From assembly GCF_947500705.1 (NCBI RefSeq), contig NZ_CANMSY010000008.1:66159-130158 (forward strand): 64,000 nt of DNA, written 5' to 3'. The notes below the pieces were generated by a model. The model saw only the letters and a program-made list of their open reading frames with translations, made no database searches and was not told the DNA's origin. Both the position numbers and the translations under genes were made by a program. Positions 19,304 to 29,181 of this stretch are shown here, in pieces. How positions within the stretch are numbered: the stretch's first letter is position 1; each line of letters starts with the position of its first letter. The DNA is from an uncultured Brachybacterium sp. Lineage in GTDB: Bacteria; Actinomycetota; Actinomycetes; Actinomycetales; Dermabacteraceae.

Positions 19304-20868
19304 GCGGTTCCTCCTTCAGGACGCGGGACGGCCCCACGAAGTTCGTGATCATACGGGCCCGGTATCCAGGCACGCTGCGACTTGGCCAGCGTTCCGGGGT
19401 CGCGATCCCTGCGGATCCACGCTGTGGCCTCACGGGCGAGGTCCTGCCGTTCGGATCGCGCCGCGAGGATCCGTCGGGCAGCCTGCTCGGGTTCCTGGAC
19501 CAGCCACGAGGCCGGATAGACCGTGCTCGCACCACCGTATCCGCGTACCTGCGGCCAGTCGCGCACAATGGGTACGCACCCTGCCGCTGCACCTTCGGCG
19601 ATCGCCTCGTGCGTGCCCTCGATGACTGAGGCGGAGATCACCCATCCCAGATGTGGCAGCACCGCCGGGACGTCCTCCCTCCGTCCGAGCACGCGAACTC
19701 GCGAACCGGCCGCGGCGACGCGCTCCAGCAGGCGGGTCGCCCGCTGCGCGTCGGATCCGCGAACCGGGGGCTCGGGGCCCACCAGCACCAAGGTCCAGGG
19801 TCCGTCATCAGCACGGGTGAGCTCGTCGAGCACGTCGATTGCCCACTCTGCGTCCTTGGCAGGGCCCGCCCAGCCGACCACGCCGAGCACGTGCTCGGGG
19901 GCGGGCAGGTCTGCGGGCAGATCCACTGCTGCAACTGCGCCGGTGAAGCGATTCAGATCCAGGGCATTCTGGGTGACGTCGATCCGGTGCGCTCGAGTGA
20001 GCCGGGGGGCGATCCGGAGCGCGGCGTCCCGCACGTGCGGAGCCACGAAGCAGAGGGTGTCCACCTGGGACGCCGCTAGCAACTGGGGGTACGGCGTGAG
20101 GATCTCGTACTTGTGGATGCGCACCGACAGAGAATGACCGGGCAGCTCGAGGTGGCTGAACCAGGCCGCGGTCTCATCCCCCCACTCCACGTGGAGGTGG
20201 TCGAACCCGGACAGTCGCGCAGCGAGCTCCGGGGGAACCTGGGCGCGCTTCCCGGTGCGCCAGGTGGTGACCGCGGCGCCGACGACGGTACGCAGCGTGG
20301 GTCTCTGGGCCGACGGCAGATCGCTCATCGCCAGCGTCCGCACCTCGTAGCCCGCGGCCTGCCACACATCGAGCACCGGCTGCAGAAAGCTGAGTCCGCC
20401 TCCCGTGACGACAAGGACCCGGGGCGTGTGGTCCGGCACCCGCTCACCGGGATGGTGTGCGGCGTCCGTGTCGTGCACGGGCGTGGGCCCGGCGGCCGGA
20501 TCCGGAACGGAAGCGGGCCGGGGATCCGACGTGCCACGTCGTCGCCCGAGCACTTCTCCGATCGCGCCCTCGTCGAGGACCCGGAGAACACCTGCCGGGT
20601 CCTCCAGCAGAGCGGGCAGCTCCGCCCCGGCGGCGCGCGCGGGATGGAAGATCAACGTCAGCGCCTTGGTGAGCGCTTCAGCGGCTCCGGAATCCTTTCT
20701 GCGCGCCAGGTCGGACTCGGCCTGTCGGAGCAGGGCCCGGACCAAACGGTCCGTCCGCGGTGCGTCCCGACCGGCCTCGAGACGTGCCCGGGTGTCGACG
20801 TAGGCCGCCCGTCGGCCGGCGTCGCTGGGGAAGAGTCCCAGAGCCCGGACGAGGACGTCTCGCATCAC
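19300..20868 (-). CDS. Putative GT-B glycosyltransferase with an extra N-terminal domain
   Basis: C-terminal half has GVVGWAGPAKD, VLGRREDV and SVIEGTHEAIAEGAAAGCVPI (EX7E-like); 4-nt overlaps on both sides. Confidence 0.65.
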   Translation of the reverse strand: MMRDVLVRALGLFPSDAGRRAAYVDTRARLEAGRDAPRTDRLVRALLRQAESDLARRKDSGAAEALTKALTLIFHPARAAGAELPALLEDPAGVLRVLDEGAIGEVLGRRRGTSDPRPASVPDPAAGPTPVHDTDAAHHPGERVPDHTPRVLVVTGGGLSFLQPVLDVWQAAGYEVRTLAMSDLPSAQRPTLRTVVGAAVTTWRTGKRAQVPPELAARLSGFDHLHVEWGDETAAWFSHLELPGHSLSVRIHKYEILTPYPQLLAASQVDTLCFVAPHVRDAALRIAPRLTRAHRIDVTQNALDLNRFTGAVAAVDLPADLPAPEHVLGVVGWAGPAKDAEWAIDVLDELTRADDGPWTLVLVGPEPPVRGSDAQRATRLLERVAAAGSRVRVLGRREDVPAVLPHLGWVISASVIEGTHEAIAEGAAAGCVPIVRDWPQVRGYGGASTVYPASWLVQEPEQAARRILAARSERQDLAREATAWIRRDRDPGTLAKSQRAWIPGPYDHELRGAVPRPEGGTA

Positions 20869-21878
20869 GACGCGTCGAGCGCGACCACGTGGCCGTCGCG
20901 AGCCGATTCGAGCACGGCTTCAACGGTGCGGACCGTGTGCAGCCCCTCACGCATGGACACGATGTTCGAGGCGTCCCCGTTGATCGCGTCGCGGAAGGCC
21001 TGGTGCTCGGTGGCGAGCGGCTCGTGACGCTGCAGCGCGTAAGTGATCGAGTCACCCTCGCTGACGCCTCTGAACGAGGCCATCGACTCCCACACGTTGG
21101 TCGCCGCATCAGCATTCGCGTGGAAGGTCAGATCCGCGTTCAGGGTGTCACCCACCAGAGCGCCCTTCTCCCCCGTCACCACGGTCACCCGCTCCTTGAA
21201 CGGCGTCAGCCAGTTCACCAGATGGTTGGTGATCGTGCCGTCTTCGAGGCGGCCGGCGACGGAGACCATGTCCTCGTCCTCCCGGCCGGAGCGGCGGGTC
21301 GAGGTCGCTGCGACCGAGGCGTACGGCGACTGCGCGACCCACGCCGTCAGATCCAGGTCATGGGTCGCGAGGTCCTTCACGACCCCCACATCCGCGATCC
21401 GGGCCGGGAACCCGCCCTGGCGGCGGGTGACGATCTGGTAGATCTCCCCCAGCTGACCGTCGGCGATGCGCTTACGCATCTCCTGCAGGGCCGGGTTGTA
21501 CCGCTCGATATACCCCACCGCCCCGACCAGGCCGGCCCTCTCGAACGCGGCGGTGATCTCCTCCGCTTCCCCGATGTCGAAGGCCAGCGGCTTCTCCACC
21601 AGGGTATGCACCCCCGCCTCCGCCAGCTTGATCGCCACATCGCGGTGGAACTGGGTCGGCACCGCGACCACCGCATAGTCGATCCCGGCCGCGATCAGCG
21701 CCTCCACATCCGGGAGCACCTCCAGCCCCGGCACCGCACCATGCGGATCACCATGGGCATCCGCCGCCGCGACCAGCTCCACCCCCTCCAGCGCCTGCAG
21801 GTTCCGGGCATGATGACGACCCATCATGCCCAGACCGATCAGCCCGGCCCGCAACACCTTCTTGTTCGTCATGCTCAT
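20865..21878 (-). CDS. Gfo/Idh/MocA oxidoreductase (WbpB/WlbA-like 3-dehydrogenase)
   Basis: AGLIGLGMMGRHH, LVEKP, GYIERYNP and DLATHDLD. Confidence 0.85.
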   Translation of the reverse strand: MSMTNKKVLRAGLIGLGMMGRHHARNLQALEGVELVAAADAHGDPHGAVPGLEVLPDVEALIAAGIDYAVVAVPTQFHRDVAIKLAEAGVHTLVEKPLAFDIGEAEEITAAFERAGLVGAVGYIERYNPALQEMRKRIADGQLGEIYQIVTRRQGGFPARIADVGVVKDLATHDLDLTAWVAQSPYASVAATSTRRSGREDEDMVSVAGRLEDGTITNHLVNWLTPFKERVTVVTGEKGALVGDTLNADLTFHANADAATNVWESMASFRGVSEGDSITYALQRHEPLATEHQAFRDAINGDASNIVSMREGLHTVRTVEAVLESARDGHVVALDAS

Positions 21879-22984
21879 GCCCCCGCCTTCGCCACTGTGT
21901 TCACAGCCGTCACGATCCGCTCGCGATCCTGCTCCGAGATGCTCGGATGCACCGGCAGCGACAGCACCTCACGCGCCAGCATCTCCGTCACCGGAAGATC
22001 CACCTCCGTGAGGAACGTCGCCAGCCGATGCACCGGGGTCGGGTAATACACCCCGCAGCCCACCAGGTGCTCCTCCCGCAGCGCAGTCGCGAAGGCATCC
22101 CGCTCCGCCGCCGTCGCGCCCTCGATCCGGATCGTGTACTGGTGATACACATGCGTCGCACCCTCACGCACCACCGGCGTCACCACGCCCTGCAGGTTCG
22201 CGTCGAAGAACGCCGCGTTCTCCTGCCGCGTCGCCGTCCACGCCGGGAGCTTGCCCAGCTGCACCCGACCGATCGCCGCATGGATATCCGTCATCCGGTT
22301 GTTGAACCCGGCGACCTCGTTCGCGTACTGCTTCTCCATCCCCTGGTTCCGCAGCAACCGCACCTGACGCGCGATCTCCGGCGTCGCGCAGGAGACCATC
22401 CCACCCTCACCCGAGGTCATGTTCTTCGTCGGATACAGCGAGAACATCCCACCCTGGCCGAAGGTCCCCACCTGGGAGCCTTGCCAGGTCGCGCCATGGG
22501 CCTGCGCCGCGTCCTCGAACACCCACAGACCGTGCTTCTTCGCGATCGCGAGGATCTGGTCCATCGGCGCGGGATGCCCATACAGGTGCACCGGCTGGAT
22601 CCCGACCGTCCGCTCCGTGACCGCAGCCTCGATCGCCGCAGGATCCACCGTGAACGTCTCCGGATCCACATCCACGAACACCGGGACACCGCCCGACACA
22701 GCCACCGTGTTCGCTGTCGCCGCGAAGGTGAACGACGGCACGATCACCTCATCACCGGGCTTCAGACCCAGCGCCAGCATTCCCAGATGCTGCCCCGAGG
22801 TCCCCGAGTTCACCGCCACCACCTCACGGCCACCCGCCAGCGCGGCGGAGAACTCCTGCTCGAACGCCGCGACCTCCGGTCCCTGCGCCACCATGCCCGA
22901 GGCCAGCACGCGATCCACCGCGTCCCGCTCCTCCTGGCCGATGATCGGCTTCGCCGGCGGGATCATCGTGAGTTCGCTGTTCAT
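21875..22984 (-). CDS. DegT/DnrJ/EryC1/StrS aminotransferase (WbpE/WlbC-like)
   Basis: NSGTSG, PSFTFAAT, PVHLYG, EDAAQAHGA and FSLYPTKNMTSGEGG. Confidence 0.92.
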   Translation of the reverse strand: MNSELTMIPPAKPIIGQEERDAVDRVLASGMVAQGPEVAAFEQEFSAALAGGREVVAVNSGTSGQHLGMLALGLKPGDEVIVPSFTFAATANTVAVSGGVPVFVDVDPETFTVDPAAIEAAVTERTVGIQPVHLYGHPAPMDQILAIAKKHGLWVFEDAAQAHGATWQGSQVGTFGQGGMFSLYPTKNMTSGEGGMVSCATPEIARQVRLLRNQGMEKQYANEVAGFNNRMTDIHAAIGRVQLGKLPAWTATRQENAAFFDANLQGVVTPVVREGATHVYHQYTIRIEGATAAERDAFATALREEHLVGCGVYYPTPVHRLATFLTEVDLPVTEMLAREVLSLPVHPSISEQDRERIVTAVNTVAKAGA

Positions 22985-23667
22985 GCGGGGAGTCCATCCT
23001 GTCCATCGGGGTCGGTGAGGGTGGCCGGGCGCGGCGCGTCGGCCAAGGGTGAGGAGGCGAGCAGCAGCCCGCCGGTGGAGTCGTCGTGGATGTACCACTC
23101 GCCCGTGGTGGGGCATATCCAGGCATCGGTCCCGTCAGAGGAGGGGATCAGCTTCTCGCCGGAGCGGCCCACCCAGCCGAGGCGCCGGGCCGGGACGCCC
23201 GCCACCAGCGCGTGCGGGGGGACGTCCTTGACCACGGTGGCGCCCGCGGCGACCATCGCCCAGGCACCGATGGTCACCGGAGCCACGCAGACGGCGCGGG
23301 CTCCGATCGAGGCGCCGGTCTCGCAGGTCACGCCGACGGGCTCCCAGTCGGAGGCGGACTTCGGGGTGAGATCAGGGTTGACCGCTCGCGGGAAGTGGTC
23401 GTTGGTGAACACTGCGGCGGGGCCGACGAAGACGCCGTCGGCGAGCTTCGCGGGTTCGTACACCAGCGCGTAGTTCTGGACCTTGCAGCCCTTGCCCATC
23501 TGCACGCCGGAGCCGATGTAGGCGCCGCGGCCGATCACGCAGTCGGTGCCGAGCCGGGCACCTTCGCGCACCTGCGCGAGATGCCAGACGGAGCTGCCGT
23601 CCCCGATGGTCGCGTCGTCCGAGATGTCGGCCCCCGGGGCGACCCGGTAGGCAGGGGTTTCGCTCAT
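22981..23667 (-). CDS. Hexapeptide-repeat N-acetyltransferase (WbpD/WlbB-like)
   Basis: Left-handed beta-helix repeats; KVQNYALVYE, FVGPAAVFTND.FPR and VAGVPAR. Confidence 0.9.
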   Translation of the reverse strand: MSETPAYRVAPGADISDDATIGDGSSVWHLAQVREGARLGTDCVIGRGAYIGSGVQMGKGCKVQNYALVYEPAKLADGVFVGPAAVFTNDHFPRAVNPDLTPKSASDWEPVGVTCETGASIGARAVCVAPVTIGAWAMVAAGATVVKDVPPHALVAGVPARRLGWVGRSGEKLIPSSDGTDAWICPTTGEWYIHDDSTGGLLLASSPLADAPRPATLTDPDGQDGLPA

Positions 23668-23780
23668 GGGGCCGACGATACCGCGAGCACCGGCCGATGA
23701 TCGGGAGGAACGCCCCGAGACCCATGCCGATGGGAGAACGTGCACACGATCCTCACCGCATTCTCACCTGAGCGCCTGCG

Positions 23781-24299
23781 TCACCGCGAGGCCCGCAGCT
23801 TCTCCCCCTTGGCGAGTGCGATCTCGCGCAGCTCCGCCTGAAAGGCGACCATCCGCTCGCGGAGGCGCTCCGCCTCCGCGCCGGAGCCGGCGGCGAGGAT
23901 CCGGGCGGCGAGCAGGCCGGCGTTCCGGGCTCCGCCGATGGAGACGGTGGCGACCGGCACCCCGGCGGGCATCTGCACGATCGACAGCAGGGAATCCATG
24001 CCGTCGAGGTGCTTCAGCGGCACCGGCACCCCGATCACGGGCAGGGGCGTGAGGGCGGCGAGCATGCCGGGCAGGTGGGCGGCACCGCCGGCCCCGGCGA
24101 TCACCACCCGCAGCCCGCGTTCGGCGGCGCTGCGGCCCCAGGTGACCATGTCCTCGGGCATCCGGTGGGCGGAGATCACCTCGACAGACGCGCCGATCTC
24201 GAACTCGGCGAGCGCCTCCTCCGCGGCCTTCATCACCGGGTAGTCGGAGTCGGAGCCCATCACGATGCCCACCAGCGGGCGCGGGGTGTTCTCGGTCAT
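23781..24299 (-). CDS. purE: N5-CAIR mutase
   Basis: [26 protein letters not shown] and [10 protein letters not shown]. Confidence 0.96.
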   Translation of the reverse strand: MTENTPRPLVGIVMGSDSDYPVMKAAEEALAEFEIGASVEVISAHRMPEDMVTWGRSAAERGLRVVIAGAGGAAHLPGMLAALTPLPVIGVPVPLKHLDGMDSLLSIVQMPAGVPVATVSIGGARNAGLLAARILAAGSGAEAERLRERMVAFQAELREIALAKGEKLRASR

Positions 24300-25606
24300 C
24301 GGGTCTCTCCTGAGGTCTCCGCTGCGGTGATCGTTGCAGCGACGGGTGCGTCGGTGACAGGCGCGTCGGCGACAGGCGCGGCAGCGACGGGCGCGGGCCC
24401 GTCGATGATCAGCAGCTCGGCACGGTGGGCGCGCTCGAGCAGCGCGTCGGCGTCCGCGCCGACGAGGGTGACGTGGCCGATCTTGCGACCGGGGCGCACG
24501 GACTTGCCGTAGAGGTGGATCTTCAGCTCCGGATCGGCGGCGAGCGCGGCATGGGTGCCGGGGGCGAGGTCCTCGGCGGTGCCGCCGAGCAGGTTGACCA
24601 TCACGGAGACCGAGGCGAGGGCGGTGGTCGCGCCGAGGGGCAGATCGGCGACCGCTCGCAGGTGCTGCTCGAACTGGCCGGTGACGGCACCGTCCATGGA
24701 CCAGTGGCCGGTGTTGTGGGGACGCATGGCGAGCTCGTTGACCAGCACCTCGCCGCCCGCCGTCTCGAACAGCTCCACGGCGAGCATCCCGGTGACGCCG
24801 AGGTCCTCCGCGATGGCAAGGGCGAGGGCCTGGATCTGCTGCTGGCCCTCCGCATCGAGGCCGGGCGCGGGTGCGACCACCTCGTAGCAGACCCCGTCCT
24901 TCTGCACCGACTGCACCACCGGGTAGGCCACGGCCTCTCCCCCGGGCCGGCGCGCGACCTGGGCGGAGAGCTCGCGGGTGAAGGGCACCAGCTCCTCGGC
25001 GAGCAGCTCGCCGTGCTCGGCGAGCCAGTCCTGGGCCTGCTCGGCGCGCTCGATGATCCGCACCCCGTGGGCGTCGTAGCCGCCGCGAGGGGTCTTGATC
25101 ACGATGCGGCCGCCGCTCTCGGTGAGTGCGTCCTCCAGGTCCGTCACGGATCCGATCCGCCACCAGCGCGGGCAGGGGTGGCCGAGGGCCGTGAGGCGCT
25201 CGCGCATCACCAGCTTGTCCTGGGCGTGGACGAGAGCCGCGGGGCCGGGTCGCACCGCGGCGATCCCGGCGCGCTCGATGTCTTCGAGGATCCATGCGGG
25301 AACGTGCTCGTGGTCGAAGGTGATCACGTCGACCTCGGCGGCCAGGGCGCTCACCGCCTGCTCGTCGTCGTGTCGACCGATCCGCACCTCGGCGGCGACT
25401 GCGGCGGCGCTCTCCGCGGGGTCGGTGGCCAGCACCGGCGTGGTGAGGTCCAGCTCGATCGCGGGGCCGATCATCATCCGGGCCAGCTGCCCGGCGCCGA
25501 TGAGGCCGACGCTGCGGGCACCCACCGGGCTCTCGGGAGCGGCAGCAGGGGCGACTGCCGGCGTAGGAAGGGTGGTCTGCTCAGGGCGGGGCGGGGTCAT
25601 CGACAC
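24296..25606 (-). CDS. purK: N5-CAIR synthase
   Basis: [38 protein letters not shown] and [13 protein letters not shown]. Confidence 0.95.
   Translation of the reverse strand: MSMTPPRPEQTTLPTPAVAPAAAPESPVGARSVGLIGAGQLARMMIGPAIELDLTTPVLATDPAESAAAVAAEVRIGRHDDEQAVSALAAEVDVITFDHEHVPAWILEDIERAGIAAVRPGPAALVHAQDKLVMRERLTALGHPCPRWWRIGSVTDLEDALTESGGRIVIKTPRGGYDAHGVRIIERAEQAQDWLAEHGELLAEELVPFTRELSAQVARRPGGEAVAYPVVQSVQKDGVCYEVVAPAPGLDAEGQQQIQALALAIAEDLGVTGMLAVELFETAGGEVLVNELAMRPHNTGHWSMDGAVTGQFEQHLRAVADLPLGATTALASVSVMVNLLGGTAEDLAPGTHAALAADPELKIHLYGKSVRPGRKIGHVTLVGADADALLERAHRAELLIIDGPAPVAAAPVADAPVTDAPVAATITAAETSGETR
24335..24394 (-). repeat. 4 x 15-bp degenerate coding repeat ([20 protein letters not shown]) in the purK tail
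   Basis: Units GCGCCCGTCGCTGCC, GCGCCTGTCGCCGAC, GCGCCTGTCACCGAC and GCACCCGTCGCTGCA on the - strand. Confidence 0.8.
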
Positions 25607-25624
25607 GGCGGCCAGTGTACGAGG

Positions 25625-27088
25625 TCAGCTGCGTGAGCGCGGGCGGCGCCGGACCACGGACCCCTGAGGCAGGGAATCGAGGTCATCCGCGCCGGGGCGC
25701 GACCGCTGCGCGGCACTCGGCGCCATATCGGCGCGGACCCCGCGGGCGGACTTCGCGAATCGTCCGCCGCGGCCATCCCGAGCTACTCGTGCGCTGCGAC
25801 CGCTGCGCTTCTCCTCGTAGTCGTCCTCACCGCCGTCGTCACCGGGCGCGGAGATCAGGAACACTCCGAAGGTGGTGGGATTCTCGGTGAGCAGCTCGAG
25901 CCGCCCGCCGTCGTCCTCGACCAGGGTGCGGGCGAGCGCCAGGCCCACACCGGTGCCGCTCGAGCTCCGCCCGGAGACGGATCGCTCGAAGATCCGCGCG
26001 CCGAGCTCCGGGTCGATGCCTCCGCCCTCGTCGGAGACCTCGACCACGGTCGAGTGGTCGTTGCGGCGCACCTTGACCGTGGTGCGCCCGCCGCCATGGG
26101 CGAGCGCGTTCTCCACCAGCGTGGCGATCACCTGGGTGAGCGGTCCCGTCGAGCCCCAGACCGCAGCGCTGCGAGGAACCTGCACGCGCAGCTCGCGGTG
26201 GGCACGCCGGTACGCCGGCGACCACTCCTCGCTCTGCTGGGTCAGCACGTTGCGCAGTTCGACCACGCCGGGGGTGCGGCGCTGGGAGGCGCGCGGGGCG
26301 TTGATGAGGTCGTGGACCACTTCGGTGAGCCGATCGATCTGCTCGAGCGAGATGCGGGCCTCCTCGCGCACCCACTCCTCGGAGCTGGTCGCGAGGATCT
26401 CGTCCAGACGCATCGACAGCGCGGTCAGCGGGGTGCGCAGCTGATGGGAGGCGTCGGAGGCCAGCCGGCTCTCCGCTTCGAGGCGTTCGTTGAGCATCGC
26501 GCCGGAGCGGGCGAGCTCCTCGGCGACGTCGTCGATCTCGGCGATGCCGGAGGCATGCCAGGGGCCCCGGGAGCGTCCGGAGCCCATCTCCTCGGCCCGT
26601 CGGCTGAGCCGGGCCAGCGGCATCGAGATGCGTTGCGCCTGCCAGAGCGCGACGGAGACGCCGATGGACAGCGCCGCCAGTCCGGCGACGGTGATCAGCA
26701 CCCAGGCACTGGCGGTGTGGGCGCGCACGTCCGACTGCGGGATGTAGACGGCGATCGACTGCCCGGAGGCGCCGTTGGTGGTGACCCTCTCAGGGTCCTG
26801 CCCCGGAGGGTCGCCCGCGGAGTAGGTGACGCCGTCGTGGATCACCGAGATCGCGATGTTCAGGTCGGTCTGCGCATCGACATGGCGCTGGAGCAGCGCC
26901 TCATCGATCTCGCCGCCCTCCTGGAGCCGCGCCTCCGTGTCGATGCGCACGGTGTCGACGATCTTGTTCGCCTGATTGGTGAGGCTCTGCCTGGCCAGTG
27001 TCAGCCAGGAGACGCCCAGCGGGATCCCGAGCATGAGCACGGCCAGCAGCACGGTGATGATGGTGGCCTGCAGCACGCGCTGCCGCAC
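25625..27088 (-). CDS. HAMP-domain sensor histidine kinase
   Basis: Two TM segments; H-box DASHQLRTPLT, N-box LVENALAHG, and DEGGGI and GTGVGL G-boxes. Confidence 0.92.
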   Translation of the reverse strand: MRQRVLQATIITVLLAVLMLGIPLGVSWLTLARQSLTNQANKIVDTVRIDTEARLQEGGEIDEALLQRHVDAQTDLNIAISVIHDGVTYSAGDPPGQDPERVTTNGASGQSIAVYIPQSDVRAHTASAWVLITVAGLAALSIGVSVALWQAQRISMPLARLSRRAEEMGSGRSRGPWHASGIAEIDDVAEELARSGAMLNERLEAESRLASDASHQLRTPLTALSMRLDEILATSSEEWVREEARISLEQIDRLTEVVHDLINAPRASQRRTPGVVELRNVLTQQSEEWSPAYRRAHRELRVQVPRSAAVWGSTGPLTQVIATLVENALAHGGGRTTVKVRRNDHSTVVEVSDEGGGIDPELGARIFERSVSGRSSSGTGVGLALARTLVEDDGGRLELLTENPTTFGVFLISAPGDDGGEDDYEEKRSGRSARVARDGRGGRFAKSARGVRADMAPSAAQRSRPGADDLDSLPQGSVVRRRPRSRS

Positions 27089-27091
27089 CGG

Positions 27092-27787
27092 TCAGCTCTC
27101 CGAGCCGGTCTCGAAGCGGAAGCCCACTCCCCTCACCGTGGTGATCCGGCGGGGATCGGCGGCATCGTCGCCGAGCTTGCGACGGAGCCAGGAGACGTGC
27201 ATGTCCAGGGTCTTGGTGGAGCCCCACCATTCGGCGCCCCACACCTCGCGCATCAGGTCGTCGCGGGTGACGACGCTGCCGGACTCCCTCACCAGCACGG
27301 TGAGCAGGTCGTACTCCTTGGCGGAGAGGCTCAGCTCCTCGCCGTCCGCGTAGGCGCGGCGGGCGGAGACGTCGAGCATCACGCCGTTGACGTCGTAGCT
27401 GTCCCCGGATTCGTCCATCGCCTGGGAGCGACGCATCAGAGCCCGGATACGGGCCTGGAGCTCCCCGAGGCGGAACGGCTTGGTGACATAATCGTCGGCG
27501 CCGGCGTCGAGTCCCACCACGGCGTCGACCTCATCGGCGCGGGCGGTGAGGATCAGGATCGGGGACTCGAGCCCGCCCTTGCGCAGCCGCCGAGCGACCT
27601 CGAGGCCATCGAGATCGGGCAGACCGAGATCCAGGATCACCAGGTCGATCGCCTCGGGTCCCGCCGCGATCGCGAGCGCGTCCATTCCCCGGGACGCACG
27701 CGTCACGGTGTAGCCCTCCCGGTCCAGTGCGCGGGAGAGTGGTTCGGCGATGGCCGAGTCGTCCTCGACGAGTAGCAGTCGTGTCAC
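27092..27787 (-). CDS. OmpR-family response regulator
   Basis: LLLVEDD, ILDLGLP, ADDYVTKPF and ITTVRGVGFRF; GTG 27787 preferred because it lies 7 nt after TAGGAT. Confidence 0.93.
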   Translation of the reverse strand: MTRLLLVEDDSAIAEPLSRALDREGYTVTRASRGMDALAIAAGPEAIDLVILDLGLPDLDGLEVARRLRKGGLESPILILTARADEVDAVVGLDAGADDYVTKPFRLGELQARIRALMRRSQAMDESGDSYDVNGVMLDVSARRAYADGEELSLSAKEYDLLTVLVRESGSVVTRDDLMREVWGAEWWGSTKTLDMHVSWLRRKLGDDAADPRRITTVRGVGFRFETGSES

Positions 27788-27915
27788 GGGTTCCATCCTA
27801 CGACGAGGCCGGCAGGGACTGCCCGGTCCGGGGTGGGGCCAGGCATCTGCCCATCATCACAGCTCCGCCGCGATCACGGCGAACCCGGGCACTCGCAGCG
27901 CTCCCCGACGGCTGC

Positions 27916-29136
27916 TCACAGGCCCATGTCCAACGGCGCCGAGCGGTCGCGCCGCATCTCCTGGACGTGCACGCTGCCGATCCCGTGGAGCTCGACCTCC
28001 TCGCCGTCGGTGAGTGAGAATCCGCCGGGCAGCGCCTGGGACACCGCCTCGGCGGTCTCCGCATCGACCAGCACGGATCCCGGTCGCGCCACGGATTCCA
28101 TCCGGGCCGCGAGGTTGACCGTGGGGCCGAACACGTCCCCGTAGCGGGAGAACATCGATCCCCAGGCCAGCCCCACCCGCACCGGCGGGAGGTCGGGCGA
28201 GGCGGTGATCGTCTCGGCGAGGCTGACCGCGATCTGGGCACCGTCCTCGGGCGTGTCTGCGAGGAACATGATCTCGTCGCCCACCGTCTTGACCACCCTG
28301 CCGCCGCCCACGGAGATCAGGTCCCGGCTCACCGATTCGAAGCGGCCGACCATGTCGGCCAGCTCGGCGCCGGGCAGGTCCTGGGCGAGGCGGGTGAACT
28401 GGACCAGGTCCGCGAAGCCGATGGCTCGGTGGAGCGGGAACAGCTCATCGGTGTCACGGTGCAGGACTTCGCTGCCGGCGCGGGCCGCGTAGGCGGCGAG
28501 CTGCCGACGGAAGGTGAACATCACCTGCGACTCGAAGATCTCCAGCAGCTCCGGGATCGAATCGAGCATCTGCTGACGGGCCTGGGCGTCGTCGAGGCCA
28601 TCGGCGTACTTCGCCTCGTCCACGAGCGCCTCGGTGATCCACATCGCCAGCCGCCCCATATGGAAGCCCAGCCCGCGGGAGATGCTCGCGAAGGCGCGCT
28701 CGGTGATCACCCCCTCCTCGACGATGGCTGAGAGGTCACCGATCGCATAGGCATCCTCCTCGGTGAACACGACCGTGTCCTCGTCGACCGGGGTGAAGCC
28801 CTGCGAGCGCCAGTACACGGAGGTGAGGCGTTCGGGGATGTCCTGCTGATCGGCGAGATCTCGGCGCGAGTACTTGCGCGGGCCCTGCAGCAGCACCTTC
28901 TCCAGGGCTCCGACGCTGCGGCGCACAGCGGCGAACCGCTTGTTGAGGTCGAGGATCTCCCGGTCATCCAGCGAGGCCTGCCCGGCACCCGTCTCCGAGA
29001 GGTCAGGCAGCTTCACGGTCTCCACGGGGACGGACTCCACCGGGACGGGCTCCTGCGGCACCGCGGACGGCTCGCCAGGAGAGGTGCTCCCCTCCTGGCC
29101 TGCGGCGCGCTCCAGGTCTTCCATGCCTCCGGTCAC
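27916..29136 (-). CDS. Class III adenylate/guanylate cyclase; start 29136 or 29124
   Basis: IGFADLVQFT, VKTVGDEIMF and DVFGPTVNLAARM. Confidence 0.9.
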   Translation of the reverse strand: MTGGMEDLERAAGQEGSTSPGEPSAVPQEPVPVESVPVETVKLPDLSETGAGQASLDDREILDLNKRFAAVRRSVGALEKVLLQGPRKYSRRDLADQQDIPERLTSVYWRSQGFTPVDEDTVVFTEEDAYAIGDLSAIVEEGVITERAFASISRGLGFHMGRLAMWITEALVDEAKYADGLDDAQARQQMLDSIPELLEIFESQVMFTFRRQLAAYAARAGSEVLHRDTDELFPLHRAIGFADLVQFTRLAQDLPGAELADMVGRFESVSRDLISVGGGRVVKTVGDEIMFLADTPEDGAQIAVSLAETITASPDLPPVRVGLAWGSMFSRYGDVFGPTVNLAARMESVARPGSVLVDAETAEAVSQALPGGFSLTDGEEVELHGIGSVHVQEMRRDRSAPLDMGL

Positions 29137-29181
29137 GTGACGTGCTCCTCCTGCTCGATGTCCTTCAAGTGCTTCATGCGG

